A DNA stretch of 64,000 bases. Source: Eledone cirrhosa (taxonomy: Eukaryota). Below, one piece after another: positions 51,434 to 64,000 of this stretch (the first letter of the stretch is position 1; each line of letters opens with the position of its first letter). Location: NCBI GenBank assembly GCA_964016885.1, contig OZ024741.1, forward strand, positions 287,308,001-287,372,000, written 5' to 3'. The position numbers and the translations under genes are program-made. The notes under the pieces are model-generated. The model was not told the origin of the DNA, searched no databases, and saw only the letters and a list, made by a program, of their open reading frames with translations.

Positions 51434-54400
51434 TAGCAGAGATATTAACAAGAACAAAACACCACCAAAAATACCATCATATATAACTAAAATAGAAAAT
51501 AAGAGTGCTGACCTACGAAAAAACATAGGACATGTGACAATGCACCTTACAAACACAAAAAAACCTCACTCCTCACCAACAAAGAGTGAAAAATAAAATA
51601 GAGACAATGTTTGGTAACAGTAGAATCAGAACTCTCCAATATAAGCTGATTACCCTCAAACAAGAATTGAGAGCTGTTAGCGAAAAACGCCGATATCTGA
51701 AGAAGGTAGATGAGATAAAAATGCTTAATAAAAGATTCAGACAAAACCAAACATCAGTCTATAGAGATATGAAGGGCAAAATAATAAGTGTCACTGAGGC
51801 CCCATCCCAGAAAGACATAGATTTCTTTTGGAGAAAAATATGGGGTGAAAGGAAGAATTTCAACCAAGATGCAGTGTGGCTAAGAGAAATCCGAAAGAAC
51901 TATTTCTCCTACACTACAACAAAAACATACGAAATAAGTGAGGGTACCCTTGAGACTGTGATAGGAAAACTCCAATATAAGAAAACACCAGGAAGAGACA
52001 TGATTGTCGGCTACTGGTACAAAAAACTAATATTCTATCGGAGGTATCTTACTGACCTCCACCAACAAGTTCTTAAGGGAGATACACTTATACCAGAATG
52101 GTTGACATTAGCACAAACATTACTGGTCCCCAAGAACAAAGACACCCACTTGGCAAAAAACTACCGACCCATTGCATGCCAGAACCTGATGTATAAGATG
52201 TATACAGCCTGCCTCAACCTATTCCTCCAAGATCACTGTGAAAATAATAACAAAATCACAGATGAATAAGCAGCTGGAAAGAAAAGGGTTTGGGATGTGC
52301 TGAACAACTCCTAATCAACAAAACTGCGATGTCGGAGGTGCGACAACTTAGGGGGAATATGACTACAGTCTCGCTGGACTACAAGAAAGCTTTCGATTCT
52401 GTTCCCCACTCTTGGATGATAGAGGCCCTCCAACTTGCTAAAGTCCCAGGCATTATTGTCAGAGCCATAGAGAGGCTGTCTTCTTCTTGGACTACTATCC
52501 TAAGGTTAAAGGCAGAGAGGAAGGACTCTATTTTTACTGATAAAATAAAATATTGCAGGGGTATATTTCAGGGGGACAGTCTCTCTGTGATATTGTTCAT
52601 CTTGTCATTAAACCCCTTGTCCTTTCTGCTCAAGAAATGTGAGGGATACATCATTGGCTCACAGGAGGACAGAAATACGAACCTAACCCATAACTTCTTT
52701 GTGGACGATCTGAAACTCTATGCCAAGAACATGGATGGGATGAAGAAAAATCTTGACCTGGTTACAACGTTCTCAAAGGATATAGGAATGGAGTTTGGCC
52801 AAGATAAATGCTCATACATGACTGTAAAGCGGGGAAAAACAACAATCCGATCTAGCAACATTGTCATCAATGGTCTAACTGTTTCACCGATATCTGATGA
52901 GGACTGCTACAGATACCTGGGGATAGATAAGAACATATCCTATAATGGTATCTGTAATAAAGAACGCGTAACCAGGGAATACTACACCCGATTAAGAAAG
53001 ATCTGGTCATCGGAACTCTCTGCGCAAAACAGAACAGTGGCTCACAATGTGTTTGGAATACTCAATTGGACGATAGACGAAATCCGAGCAGTTGATGTTG
53101 GAACTCGAAAAATACTGAACAACACCTGAAACTTCCACATCAACAGTGATATAGACCGCCTTTACTTGAAATGTAAGCAGGGAGGCAGAGGCCTAACATC
53201 AGTCCAGACAACATTTGAATGTCGCATCATATCTCTCCGACAACATCTACGAACCTCGAAGCGTAGGAGCCCGCTTCTCGAGCAAGCCTATCTGCATGAA
53301 ATAGATAAGATCATGAGAGTTGGGAAGGAACTCCTCGAGAGATATTCCCTGTGTGATAATCAAAAACTCACACCCAGGGATGTTGCTCAGCAGTATCGCA
53401 GTGAATCCATGGATGACAAACTGCATGCCTATCAGCAAAAAAAATCATGCATGGATATGTTGCCAGGTAGCTCCAGAGTGAGAGTAATATAGATAAGGAA
53501 AGTAGTCTATCTTGGACCAACAACCGCTATATTGGCTCCCACTTTGAAGAATACGCTTTTGCAATCCAAGAACAGGAGATTAGCACGAAATACCTGATTC
53601 ACAAAAGAGATAGGGATGCAAGCAAAACACCTAGATGTGATAATAAGTGCAGACTCTGCAGAACTAACATCGAGGATATCACCCATGTCATCAGCAGCTG
53701 CCCAAAGATGTCATCGCGGTACTATCTACCTATGAGGCATGATGTAGTGGCCAAAACACTGTACAATGCAGTTCGTAAAAAAGATAGCCCCGATAATAAA
53801 CACATTAAAAGCTACAACAATGTGGAAGACATCTATGTACATAATATGAAAGAGTACTGGTGGAATATTCCAGTAAAAACGGCAATAAAATGCAGGCATA
53901 ACAGACCAGATATTATGATATGGGACAGGGAGAAGAAAACATGCACAGTAGTGGAAATTAGCTGCCCAGCAGATGCCAATATAATATCAAAGATTAGTGA
54001 AAAGGAGAATATTTATGCAGAACTGATGAAAAATCTGCAGATACTCCACTCTGATTACACCTTCAGATTTATGCCTGTGATTATTGGGGCACTGGGATAT
54101 GTTAGTAACTGCCTCAATACAAATCTTGAGAAGCTAGGCTTCACAGGAACAGAAAGAACACAACTAGTTAGGAAACTACAAGTACAATCCATTAATGGAA
54201 CAGTAAAAATATGTAAAACATTCTAAAAATTTTGCATCTAATAACTGCATATACACATGTACAGATACAAAGCATATACACATGCATAGATACAACTCAA
54301 AATATACACATCCACACATACAATAACATCCATATCTACACATGCATGCACACATACATATCTCCCTAGTTGATGTTGTGTAAATTCCAATGAGAGAGTC

Positions 54401-54472
54401 TTGTGTCTATGTTAGAAACCGACTCTCTCTCTCTATTGGTAAACATTTGTGAAATTATAAAACCAGAAGAAC
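51434..54472 (+). mobile_element. R4/Dong-clade non-LTR retrotransposon, 5'-truncated with stops and frameshifts, inside (CATA)n
   Basis: KTPGRD, NYRPIAC, DYKKAFDSVPHSW, GIFQGDSLS, FVDDLKLY, YRYLG, GGRGL, CRLC...HVISSC, RHD, HNRPD...EISCP (REL). (CATA)n on both sides. Confidence 0.92.
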
Positions 54473-54607
54473 ATACATACATACATACATACATACAGAT
54501 ATATATAAGGCGAAGTGAGGTGGCAGATTTTCGTTCCAAAGTTCTGACTGTATTGGCTTTTCTCGACAATGACATTTACATTTTTCACTGACATGAGTTT
54601 ACGAATG

Positions 54608-54700
<93 letters not shown>

Positions 54701-54719
54701 GATACATATATATCACATA

Positions 54720-55010
54720 GAATTCATTTAGGTATTCGTTCCGAATCTCTGAGCTCTGAGTTTAGATCCCATCGAGGCTAGCTTTACATTTCATCCTTAC
54801 GCGCTCTATATATAATGTACTAGTCCAATACTGGGGTGATTCTGCCTCTGTTTCTTTATCACTTCCCCTCACTCACCCGTTATCCTTCTCTGTATTCAGA
54901 CCTGGAGAGGGCTCGGCTCCACCAAGGTTAAAATGTCGCAAAAGTGCCCTATGTCACTGCGGCGCATCAACGGCTACTTCAGTAGTTACGGAACCATACC
55001 ATACGATACT
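54720..55010 (+). mobile_element. Long-tailed SINE subfamily copy
   Basis: Degenerate SINE core followed by the ttcagacctggagaggg tail also seen at 8620-8660. Confidence 0.6.
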
Positions 55011-55057
55011 ATAAATGTTTGCTTAAATGTGTTTTCGAATGTATAAAGGGGGATTAT

Positions 55058-55576
55058 GTCTATAGAATTCTTTTTGGGGTGAGGCTCCCTGTAGTGTTTG
55101 TGTTTGCTACAGGGAGCCTCACCCCAGAAAGAATTCTATAGACTTCTGACTGAGGAATGCTCTCAGAACTGACCAATGGGAAGTTTGACACTTCTTTTGT
55201 TATTTTGTTCCTTTAACACCTTGTCCCTTCTACCACTTTATCAATTTTTTAAGCTAACTCCAGCAATAACAACACTTAGAATGAGGAATGTTCTAACAAC
55301 TGACCAATGAGAGGAGAAGAGGCCCTTTGACACTGAAATTCGTTTGTTTGAATTCATATGATCCCAGTTCCTCAGTGAAATAACAACCCAACCAGGAACT
55401 GGGCATATCAGAGTATTGACAATATTATACACCTCAACAACATATGTACTTGTCTATACCACACTAATTCGGACTGCCTGCCTGAAGAGGTCACAGCCAA
55501 AGATGGCTGTCACTGAAATATATATAGCAGCAATAAACGAAGCTAAATTTTAAACATTTGACTCTTTATTTAACTT

Positions 55577-55585
<9 letters not shown>
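55058..55585 (+). mobile_element. Short element with 5' hairpin (55058-55143) and 3' hammerhead
   Basis: 37-bp inverted arms at the 5' end. Hammerhead and AATAAA precede (TA)n. Confidence 0.7.
55478..55530 (+). ncRNA. Type I hammerhead ribozyme, family H
   Basis: ctgc-CTGAAGA-g gtcacagcca aaga tggctgtcac t-GAAA tatata TA-gcag, then AATAAA. Confidence 0.8.
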
Positions 55586-55640
<55 letters not shown>

Positions 55641-55820
55641 GGATATACGTTCCTTCACGCACAAGGCGCCAAGGTACGCATGTATTGTCCAACCAAATGC
55701 CAGTGTGGTTCAATGGCGGGTTAATAAATTAACGAGCCAGAACAAATATAAACAAGGTTTAGCAAATAATGAAAAAGTTTCAAAATAAATTTTAAAAAAT
55801 TGACTTTACCTACTATAGTT

Positions 55821-55904
55821 ACCTTTACCGATCGGTTTCGAATCCCAAAAATAAAACGGAGACCATACGGCCTTCGTTGCAAAGAAAGATTCTCGTCAGA
55901 AGGT
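55821..55904 (-). ncRNA. Type I hammerhead ribozyme, family I
   Basis: Reverse complement of 56683-56766. Confidence 0.9.
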
Positions 55905-56682
55905 TCTTTTCATTCAAAGAATATAAAATTCCTGAATTTAAATCACAAACTAGCGCTATCAAAACTGTTCCTGGGATGAGAGTGGATGATGTAGAAACAG
56001 GTTCATCAAGGGCCGAAGCAAAGATAGAGGCAAAAGGAGGTAGGTCAAACTAGCCACAGCTATTGCTAGCAGCAGTCAGAACGACCAAATTTGTTATCAA
56101 CATTAGTGGAGGTAGTAGTAATAGGATATACGTTCCTTCACGCACAAGGCGCCAAGGTACGCATGTATTGTCCAACCAAATGCCAGTGTGGTTCAATGGT
56201 GGGTTAATAAATTAACGAGCCAGAACAAATATAAACAAGGTTTAGCAAATAATGAAAAAGTTTCAAAATAAATTTAAAAAAAATGACTTTACCTACTATT
56301 TTGAAACTTTACCTACTATTTTGAAACTTTTTCATTATTTGCTAAACCTTGTTTATATTTGTTCTGGCTCGTTAATTTATTAACCCGCCATTGAACCACA
56401 CTGGCATTTGGTTGGACAATACATGCGTACCTTGGCGCCTTGTGCGTGAAAGAACGTATATCCTATTACTACTACCTCCACTAATGTTGAGAACAAATTT
56501 GGTCGTTCTGACTGCTGCTTGCAATAGCTGTGGCTAGTTTGACCTACCTCCTTTTGCCTCTATCTTTGCTTCGGCCCTTGATGAACCTGTTTCTACATCA
56601 TCCACTCTCATCCCAGGAACAGTTTTGATAGCGCTAGTTTGTGATTTAAATTCAGGAATTTTATATTCTTTGAATGAAAAGA

Positions 56683-56766
56683 ACCTTCTGACGAGAATCT
56701 TTCTTTGCAACGAAGGCCGTATGGTCTCCGTTTTATTTTTGGGATTCGAAACCGATCGGTAAAGGT
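56683..56766 (+). ncRNA. Type I hammerhead ribozyme, family I
   Basis: acctt-CTGACGA-gaatc[~43 nt]gattc-GAAAC cgatcg GTA-aaggt. Palindromic stem III ACCGATCGGT. Confidence 0.9.
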
Positions 56767-56833
56767 AACTATAGTAGGTAAAGTCAATTTTTTAAAATTT
56801 ATTTTGAAACTTTTTCATTATTTGCTAAACCTT

Positions 56834-56942
<109 letters not shown>

Positions 56943-56949
56943 CATATCT

Positions 56950-59619
56950 ATATATAGTAATAATAATAAATTTGAAGACTAAAATCCAAAGAGGGCTCGA
57001 TATGGATAAATATATATCAAATATATAAGAACCTCAGAGCAAATATTTATTAAAATAACAGATTAAAGTTTAAGCAAAGAATCGCTGCTTTCACCTTTAA
57101 CGAGATCTTCTTATATATTTATCCTTATCGAGCTCTCTTTGGATTTTAGTCTTCAAATTTATTATTATTACTATTTGGCTCCCTCGGTGAAGCAATCTAT
57201 TGACTTATATTCATCATACAGAAACAACATCTGAATATTTCTACAAAGAACATACCCGTACCAAGCAGGAAGACATACCTAAAACTCCTGATACAGAAAA
57301 CAGACTCGTTCCTTAAAGGGTTGCTTTAGCGTGCCTTTTATTTCGATAATCAGGAAAAGGCGGACAATAAACAGGATAAATTTGGATTTAAAACTTATAA
57401 TAACCCTCCGAGTAACCCAACATTGCTACCCTTCGAATACGGTGTCGTGGAACTCATACGGAGTATCAAATATCGGAATAGGAGCAATTCCTTCCAGCAG
57501 GACCTGAAGAATAGAATTCGTTCTATTAAGGATTATAATGCCGTGCACGTCAACTCCGACAAAACTGGCAATCTATATCAAGTGGAGTGCAGTACTTACC
57601 ATCAACTGCAACATAATGCTGTCACTAAGGATTACAGGAAAACTAATCGGAGTGTCATTAATGACATCAACAATGCTGGGTTTAAAATCACCTCTGAACT
57701 CAACATCCAGGACCGGATAGAACCTTTGGACCCTATTTCTCACCACTTTACCCTGAAGGATGACAAACCCAATTTCGCCAACAACCCCTCTTATTGACCC
57801 TACGAAGTCTTATTTAGGTAGACTTAGTAAAAGGATTTTAGATAGAATTATACCTGAAATTAGAAGCTTGGCCCCTCTTGCACTGTGGAACAATTCTTTC
57901 ACGGCGATTGATTGGTTCAATGGCATATGCAACAAGGAACATTGCCGTTTTATCCAATTCGACATCAATAACTACTACTCCTCCATCACTTTACCACTTC
58001 TTCTTAGAGCTATCATTTTCGCTAAAACGCTCACGGTGGTTAAGGATTTCGAAGTTGATGTCATCATCAATGCCCGTAAGTCGGTGATTAATTTCGACGA
58101 CCCTATTTGGATTAAAAAATCTAATAGTACCCAATTCGACGTGAGTATGGGCGCCAGCGATTCGGCGGAGGTTACTGATGTTATCGGCCTTTTCATTCTT
58201 TTCTCTATCAAGGAAGAACTCCCCAATGTGAGCGGTGGTTTGTACCATGATGACGGTCTTTTGACCATGACAAATTGCGGTCCACGCACTTGCGACAGGT
58301 TCAGAAAAGAACTCACGGCCTTCTTTAAAAGCTTCAACCTCTCCATACAAGTTGAGGCCAACCGCTCGGTCGTTAATTACCTCGACGTTACCCTCAATTT
58401 ATCGAATGGCTTACATTACCCGTATAGAAAGCCGAATGATACGCATAATTACATAAGTAAGCATTCTAACCATCCTGCCAGCATAACCAAGGACCTGGTA
58501 AGTAACGTTTCTTTGAGGCTTTCCCTTCTATCTACTAACGAGCATGTTTTCAACGACCATTCCACATATTACAATGAAGCTCTTGCTCGGAGTGGATTTG
58601 TCGATAAGGTAGCATATACTAAGTATGAGCATAGACCAAGGAAAAATAGATCCCGACGCATTATATGGTATAACCCACCATATAATATGGAGGTGTTACA
58701 ATATCTTACTCTACGACTGCAAATAACATCACTGCTTCAAATTTAGCTAAATTACCTAGCCATAAGAACACGTGCAACCCTGTAGTTAGTTCTAACTGTA
58801 ATTGTAGGAATCGGGTTGACTGCCCTGTATCCGAGAAACGCCTCTCCAGTAACATTGTCTACAAATGTAAGGTCGAAACACCCACGTCCCGTAGGGCATG
58901 TAGGCCAATAGATTCAAGCAGCGTCTTTACATGAACACCCATTCTTTTCTTAACCCTTTAAGAAGGAATATGACGTCACTCTCAGCTTATATCTGGAGTC
59001 TAAAAGACAACCACACCCAATATAGTTTACACTGGAAGATCCTAGTTAAGGCTAGATCGTATAACGGAAATAAAGACTATGCGATATTTGCGCCGCTGAA
59101 ACCCTGAAAATACTCTACGCCAATGACCACATCTTAAACAAAAAATCTGAGGCAATTTCAGCTTCTAAACATAAATTGCATAAAACTTTCCTGTATTTGA
59201 GCCCCACATTATACCCTAACGGATAGTACGAACAATACGCGGATAATTTACGTCTTGATGTGGTAGCTAAGTATATTTTATATTTATACCATTACTTATT
59301 TGTATAGGTAAGTATACATTACCCGTATGTTTTGTGAAGTTACGTTTACTTTCTCGTACGTATATTTGCTTGTATTTGTTATAGGTGTATATATTATATT
59401 ATATATACTGGTACATGTGTATATGGTTATGTGTATATGTGTATTTTGTGTTTGTGTGTGTATGCGTGTTTGCACGTATGTAAGGTGTGTATATGTGTAC
59501 TTTGTGTTTTGGTTGACGTACGTTTAGTGAACATGTGTATTTACCTGTAGGTATGTATGTGCGTGCGTTATATACGTATTTATGTGTGTATATTTATATA
59601 CGTTTATATAATTATATGT

Positions 59620-59651
<32 letters not shown>

Positions 59652-60288
59652 TAATGTGTACTTGATGTATACGTTCGTATGTGTGCGGGTACAGGTGTCG
59701 CGCGGTTTTATGTATGTGTGCGCGTGTTTATGTGTACGTGCTTGTATATGCATGCATTGCGGATGTTTTGAGTATTCATGCGTATGTACGTAATTGGATG
59801 CGTGTATGTATATATTTAATTATTGTTGATTTCAATAACCTTTGTCATTTTCGTTCTACTAATTTATCTATATACATAAAACAGAGAATATCTATCTGCC
59901 TCTCTGTCTGACTCCCTAAAACTCGAGAACCACCCAACCGATTGTTTTCAAACTTTACACATGTAATACTTATGGTCATGTGAGTGTTTTCCATGCCCTA
60001 GGGACCGCATTGGACGATTTAGCGATCTCTCTCATAATTCTTAGTCTTTCTTTTTAGATAGATACATAGATATAACGTTGCGCCCTTATAATATCTGTCT
60101 GTATGTCTGGCTGTTTGCATTACGACATTATGACGCTGTGCGTGTGTATATATGTATATATATAGTGTGTAACGTTTTTCGAAATATATTCTTCTGCGTT
60201 CACAGATTTTTTTAGTATCAGAAGATCCCGTTAAGGGTGGAAGCAGCGATTCTTTGCTTAAACTTTAATCTGTTATTTCAATCTGTTA

Positions 60289-60295
<7 letters not shown>
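56950..60295 (+). mobile_element. Decayed Penelope-like (Naiad-type) element with inverted 5' repeats
   Basis: RT/GIY-YIG remnants at about 57210-59220 (STKNIP, SDKTGN, FDINNYYSSI, MGASDSAE, GLYHDDGL, NYLD, IIWYNPP, CNCRNRVDCP). 56953-57015 is the reverse complement of 57113-57174, and 57050-57110 of 60222-60295. Confidence 0.88.
59867..60000 (+). mobile_element. Possible non-autonomous Helitron-like 5' fragment
   Basis: tctatatacataaaa...tctgtctg...aactcgagaacc..caaccgatt..caaacttt resembles such 5' ends. No 3' hairpin/CTAG seen. Confidence 0.35.
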
Positions 60296-60380
<85 letters not shown>

Positions 60381-60385
<5 letters not shown>

Positions 60386-61150
60386 CGGATAAAATTCCCG
60401 AGATCCATGGACGGGTTCTCTTCAGCGATCTCTGTCCCTCATTATCGCTGCCATGTCCTGCGTCTCCAACACACCAGTGTCTGTCCTTAGGGCATCAACA
60501 TACGTTAACCTTGGTCTTCCTCTTCCAGTGTGTCCATGTAGGGGCTCCCACAGGAGCACTGAGTGCAATGTCAACTCTGGATGTCAGTGAGCATGTCCAG
60601 CTAACCTCAGTCTCCTCTGTGTCACTTTTGAGCTGACTTTTGGGAGGCTCCCATACAGCTCTGAGTTTTCCATCCTCAGTGTATACTGATTAATGTTCAG
60701 AGCCATCCTCAGCATTCTCGTGTAGCACCCATCCACCATCTGAGTGAGTTTCTTGGCCAGTGTCCAAGTCTTAGACTCGTACTACAGCAATGAAGAGGCG
60801 GATTTTCAGGTCTTTACAAAGGTCCGACTTCCACACCGATCTCAAACTGTGGCACGCCGCCCAGGCTTTGCTCTTCCTCTCAACCACATCATCTTCCGTA
60901 TTCCCAATCTTTGCCCAAATACAGGAAGTCCTCAACCAATTCTAGCGGCTACATTAGTGATCCCCTCTGGCTTCTCAACATTCTCTACCAGATATTTTGT
61001 TTTAGTCTCATTAATTCTCAGCCCCACACTCATCAACACAGTCTCAACCTCCTGCATCAAATCCTCTGCCTCCGTCACTGTATTTGTCACCAAAACTATG
61101 TCGTCGGCAAATTCAGCATCTGATATCTTTTTCGCCTTAACTCTCCTGCT
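60381..61150 (-). mobile_element. RTE-like LINE 3' fragment ending in (TA)n
   Basis: Reverse translation gives ISDAEFADDIVL, GLRINETKTKY, RLRLAGH, GRGRPRLTYVD, IMRDRDR; frameshifted. Confidence 0.85.
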
Positions 61151-61164
61151 CTAACTAACAAATA

Positions 61165-61392
61165 GTTTATATTTATTGTATTCAGCCATGTAGAGCGATA
61201 ATCTGAGTTTTTCGAATATTAATAATAATATTCGATTCATTTGCAATTATGCAAACAACCTCTTTAAAGCCACATCAGTAGAATGACACCGTAATTCTAC
61301 TGAATATGGCTTTAAAGAAGCTGCTTGCATAATTGCAAATGAATCGAATATTATTATTTATATTCGAAAAACTCAGATTATATTTATTATGT
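61165..61392. mobile_element. Family A-derived fold-back remnant without hammerhead
   Basis: 61200-61285 is the reverse complement of 61295-61380. Homologous to 1850-1937 and 2340-2370. Confidence 0.8.
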
Positions 61393-61401
61393 ATCAACAC
61401 A

Positions 61402-61554
<153 letters not shown>

Positions 61555-61944
61555 TTTAATTTTACGAACGGAAGAACGAAAACACGTTTGTAAAGCAAAC
61601 GGAGTATATATAATCGCTGACTTTCGTCTCAACCAACTTATCATTATTTAGTTTCAGAAGTATTTATCATGGATACAATGGACCAGTTGGAAACCAAATA
61701 CGATGGGAAATAAATTAATGATGAAAACAAAATAAAATAGATAAACTTCATCAAAATCAACCTGGCATGGCCAGAGCTGGAATACATTTGATTTTGTTTG
61801 CTTGATCAGAATTACATTAGCGTTAAACAACTACAGCGACGCGTGATCTTCCAGATGATTATTTTAAAAACCATTTGAATTACAAGACTCACTCATATAT
61901 ATCTTATGTATTATATTTGTTATTGTTTCTTTGTATACTTTGAT

Positions 61945-62480
61945 CAAGTGATAGAGTAGTACCCATTATCTGCAAGACAGTATGTGCATGGGAGTGAGGG
62001 AGACGACTTGAAGAGGGGGGGGGGGACAGTATTGGTAGATTTTAGTGCAAGGTCTGGAAAAATGGATACATTTTGAATGATGAGAAGAGTGAATGATAGA
62101 CGGGTGAATCGTATGGATGAAACGTATGGGTGAAAGTCAGTAGATATTTGATGTTCAGAAAGAACATATGTTAGAGACATATGTGAATATTTGGGAAAAC
62201 TGGCACTTATAGAATGTGGCTCACAGAGAACTATATTAGCACACTCTACGGTCATAAAATCTGATAAAAAGCCTCCACTCTAAGATGTAAGATACGTATA
62301 TATTCCTTTGTTTGGTAGTTTAGATAGAATATTTGAATGCAAGAGACGGGAGATTACTTTGAATTTAACACCATAATTTTCGCTACATTTCTCAAATGAT
62401 ATAGGAAGACAAGGACTCCAGTGGATTTGGTTTTACAATAGATGTACTGGTGCTCAATAAGGTTTCAATGAACTGGAAAA
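61945..62480 (-). mobile_element. Highly decayed CR1/L2-like LINE 3' fragment
   Basis: Weak C-terminal motifs (LFYQ/RFY, FHPY, IFP..Y...FKS). Resemblance only. Confidence 0.35.
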
Positions 62481-62564
62481 TGTGGTTTTTACATGCACAC
62501 AGTATTGCTTCATCATCTATATTTTAACTAACCTCACTAAAGACTTATTATTAGTGCTGTTAAC

Positions 62565-64000
62565 AGTACGGTGGATTGGAGTTGTCCGAGCATCAGAAAA
62601 ATTCTTAGCAATATTTGCTCGAGCTCTTTCTGCGTTTTCTGTTCAAATCCTACCGAGTTCAACATTGAATTCTATTTTCCGAGGTCAATAAAATAACACA
62701 CCAGTCAATTGTAGAGTCGATATAATCGACTTTCCCTTCCCTTAAATTTGATAATATTTTACCAAAATTTTAAATCATTGTTGTTGATAACGTTGATAAT
62801 GAAGAGATGGTGGATTGGCAGTATCGGTGGAGGGTCGGACGCCATGCTTTCCAGTATAGTTACGTCCCTTTACGATCTGAGTTCAAATCCCGCCGAGGTT
62901 GACTTTGCCTTTCATCCTTACGGGGTCGATAAAATAAAGTACCAGTAATGCACTGGGCAATTGCTGGCCTTGTGCCAAAAGTAGAAACAATTATCAAATA
63001 CACCCCAGCAGCGTTCATTTTTTTATATGTGCCCACATACCGTATCAAGATGTCCTTCTATTTTCTTTCTATTTACTATAATAAGATTGTAGAGAGATGA
63101 TTTCGTGGTTATTTCTATCTTTTCGTCGGAGATAACGAAAGTCGTATCCTTTGTTACTTGTTTTCTTTTGTTATCTTATTAAAATTACATTTTTCATAAT
63201 GAACCATTATTATTTTTAGTGGCCTTGTGCCAAAAGTAGAAACAATTATTATTTTTAGTGGTGTAGTTATCCTGAGGATGATACGTAATTTCTTTATTAG
63301 ATATATAATTTTTCATTAAAGTTGTTTCGTCATTAATGCTATTTTCGTCTTCAAAATTAGTTTCATTGTAACGTTGTCAAAGGAAAAAGAAAACGAAATT
63401 AAACAATATAAAATAAAATAATGAATTCTAATTAAAGTACAATTTTGTGGAGGGGAGCGGAATCGACTACATCGACTCCAGTAAGTAACTGGTACTTTAT
63501 TTTATCGACCCTGGAAGGAGCAAATCCAAAGTTACCATCGACGTGACTTGAACTCTGAAAGTAACGAAGCGTAACTAAATGTTGCACCCCTTCTCTCTGG
63601 CGCACAAACCATTCTGCCAAACCACACCCCTTTTAAAAATAAAAATTCTGCTTGAGACACAAGACCAGCAATTAGAAGGGGAAGTCGATTAAATAAACCC
63701 CGATACTTCACTGATACTTTATTTTGAAGAGTCAAGCTGATCTCTGTAGGATTTTAACTCAGTATGTAAAGAGCTGTAACTAAATCCCATAAACGATTCT
63801 GTTTTTTGATCATCATATATATATATATGATTTCCTATACAGGCACAAGGCCAGCAATTTTGGGGGCGGGGGAAGTCGATTAAATCGACCCCAGTGCGTG
63901 ACTGGTACTTTAATTTATCGAGCTGAAAGGCAAAGTTAACCTCGGCGGGATTTGAACTCAGATCATGAAAGCCGTACCTCTATGCTGCAAAGCATGGCGT
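62565..64000. mobile_element. SINE cluster: about 62565-62745(+), 62808-62995(+), 63440-63630(-), 63650-63790(-), 63830-64000(-)
   Basis: Conserved SINE core and B-box in each copy. Confidence 0.85.

Noticed and set aside
60215-60260. Hammerhead in the 3' repeat of the 57-60 kb Penelope element
   Set aside because: Core is degenerate (CAGAAGA, GGAA, no NUH), so it was not counted.
62808-62900. tRNA genes at A/B-box motifs
   Set aside because: They are SINE heads with no cloverleaf, attached to the SINE core.

Overview
AT-rich eukaryotic (animal) genomic DNA. The SINE types and very high microsatellite load suggest an octopus-like cephalopod, which is an inference. No host protein-coding gene is supportable, and most short ORFs in the track are microsatellite artefacts. 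The window is almost entirely mobile DNA: a near-intact Tx1/L1-clade LINE plus a deleted sister copy in tandem inside (TATC)n; a 5'-truncated R4/Dong-type RT-REL element inside (CATA)n; a CRE-clade RT-REL fragment; four Penelope-like elements (RT and/or GIY-YIG with a CxCx5C motif, Naiad-like); RTE fragments; about 25 tRNA-derived SINE copies; and several MITEs. The strongest hidden signal is non-coding: about 20 type-I hammerhead ribozyme motifs from about 9 sequence families, mostly in short fold-back or tandem elements embedded in (TA)n. Two of these have 435-bp and 483-bp tandem or permuted units, consistent with retrozyme-like circular or concatemeric RNA templates. A possible bidirectional host promoter lies near 37.9 kb. 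All coordinates and folds were read by eye and are approximate.
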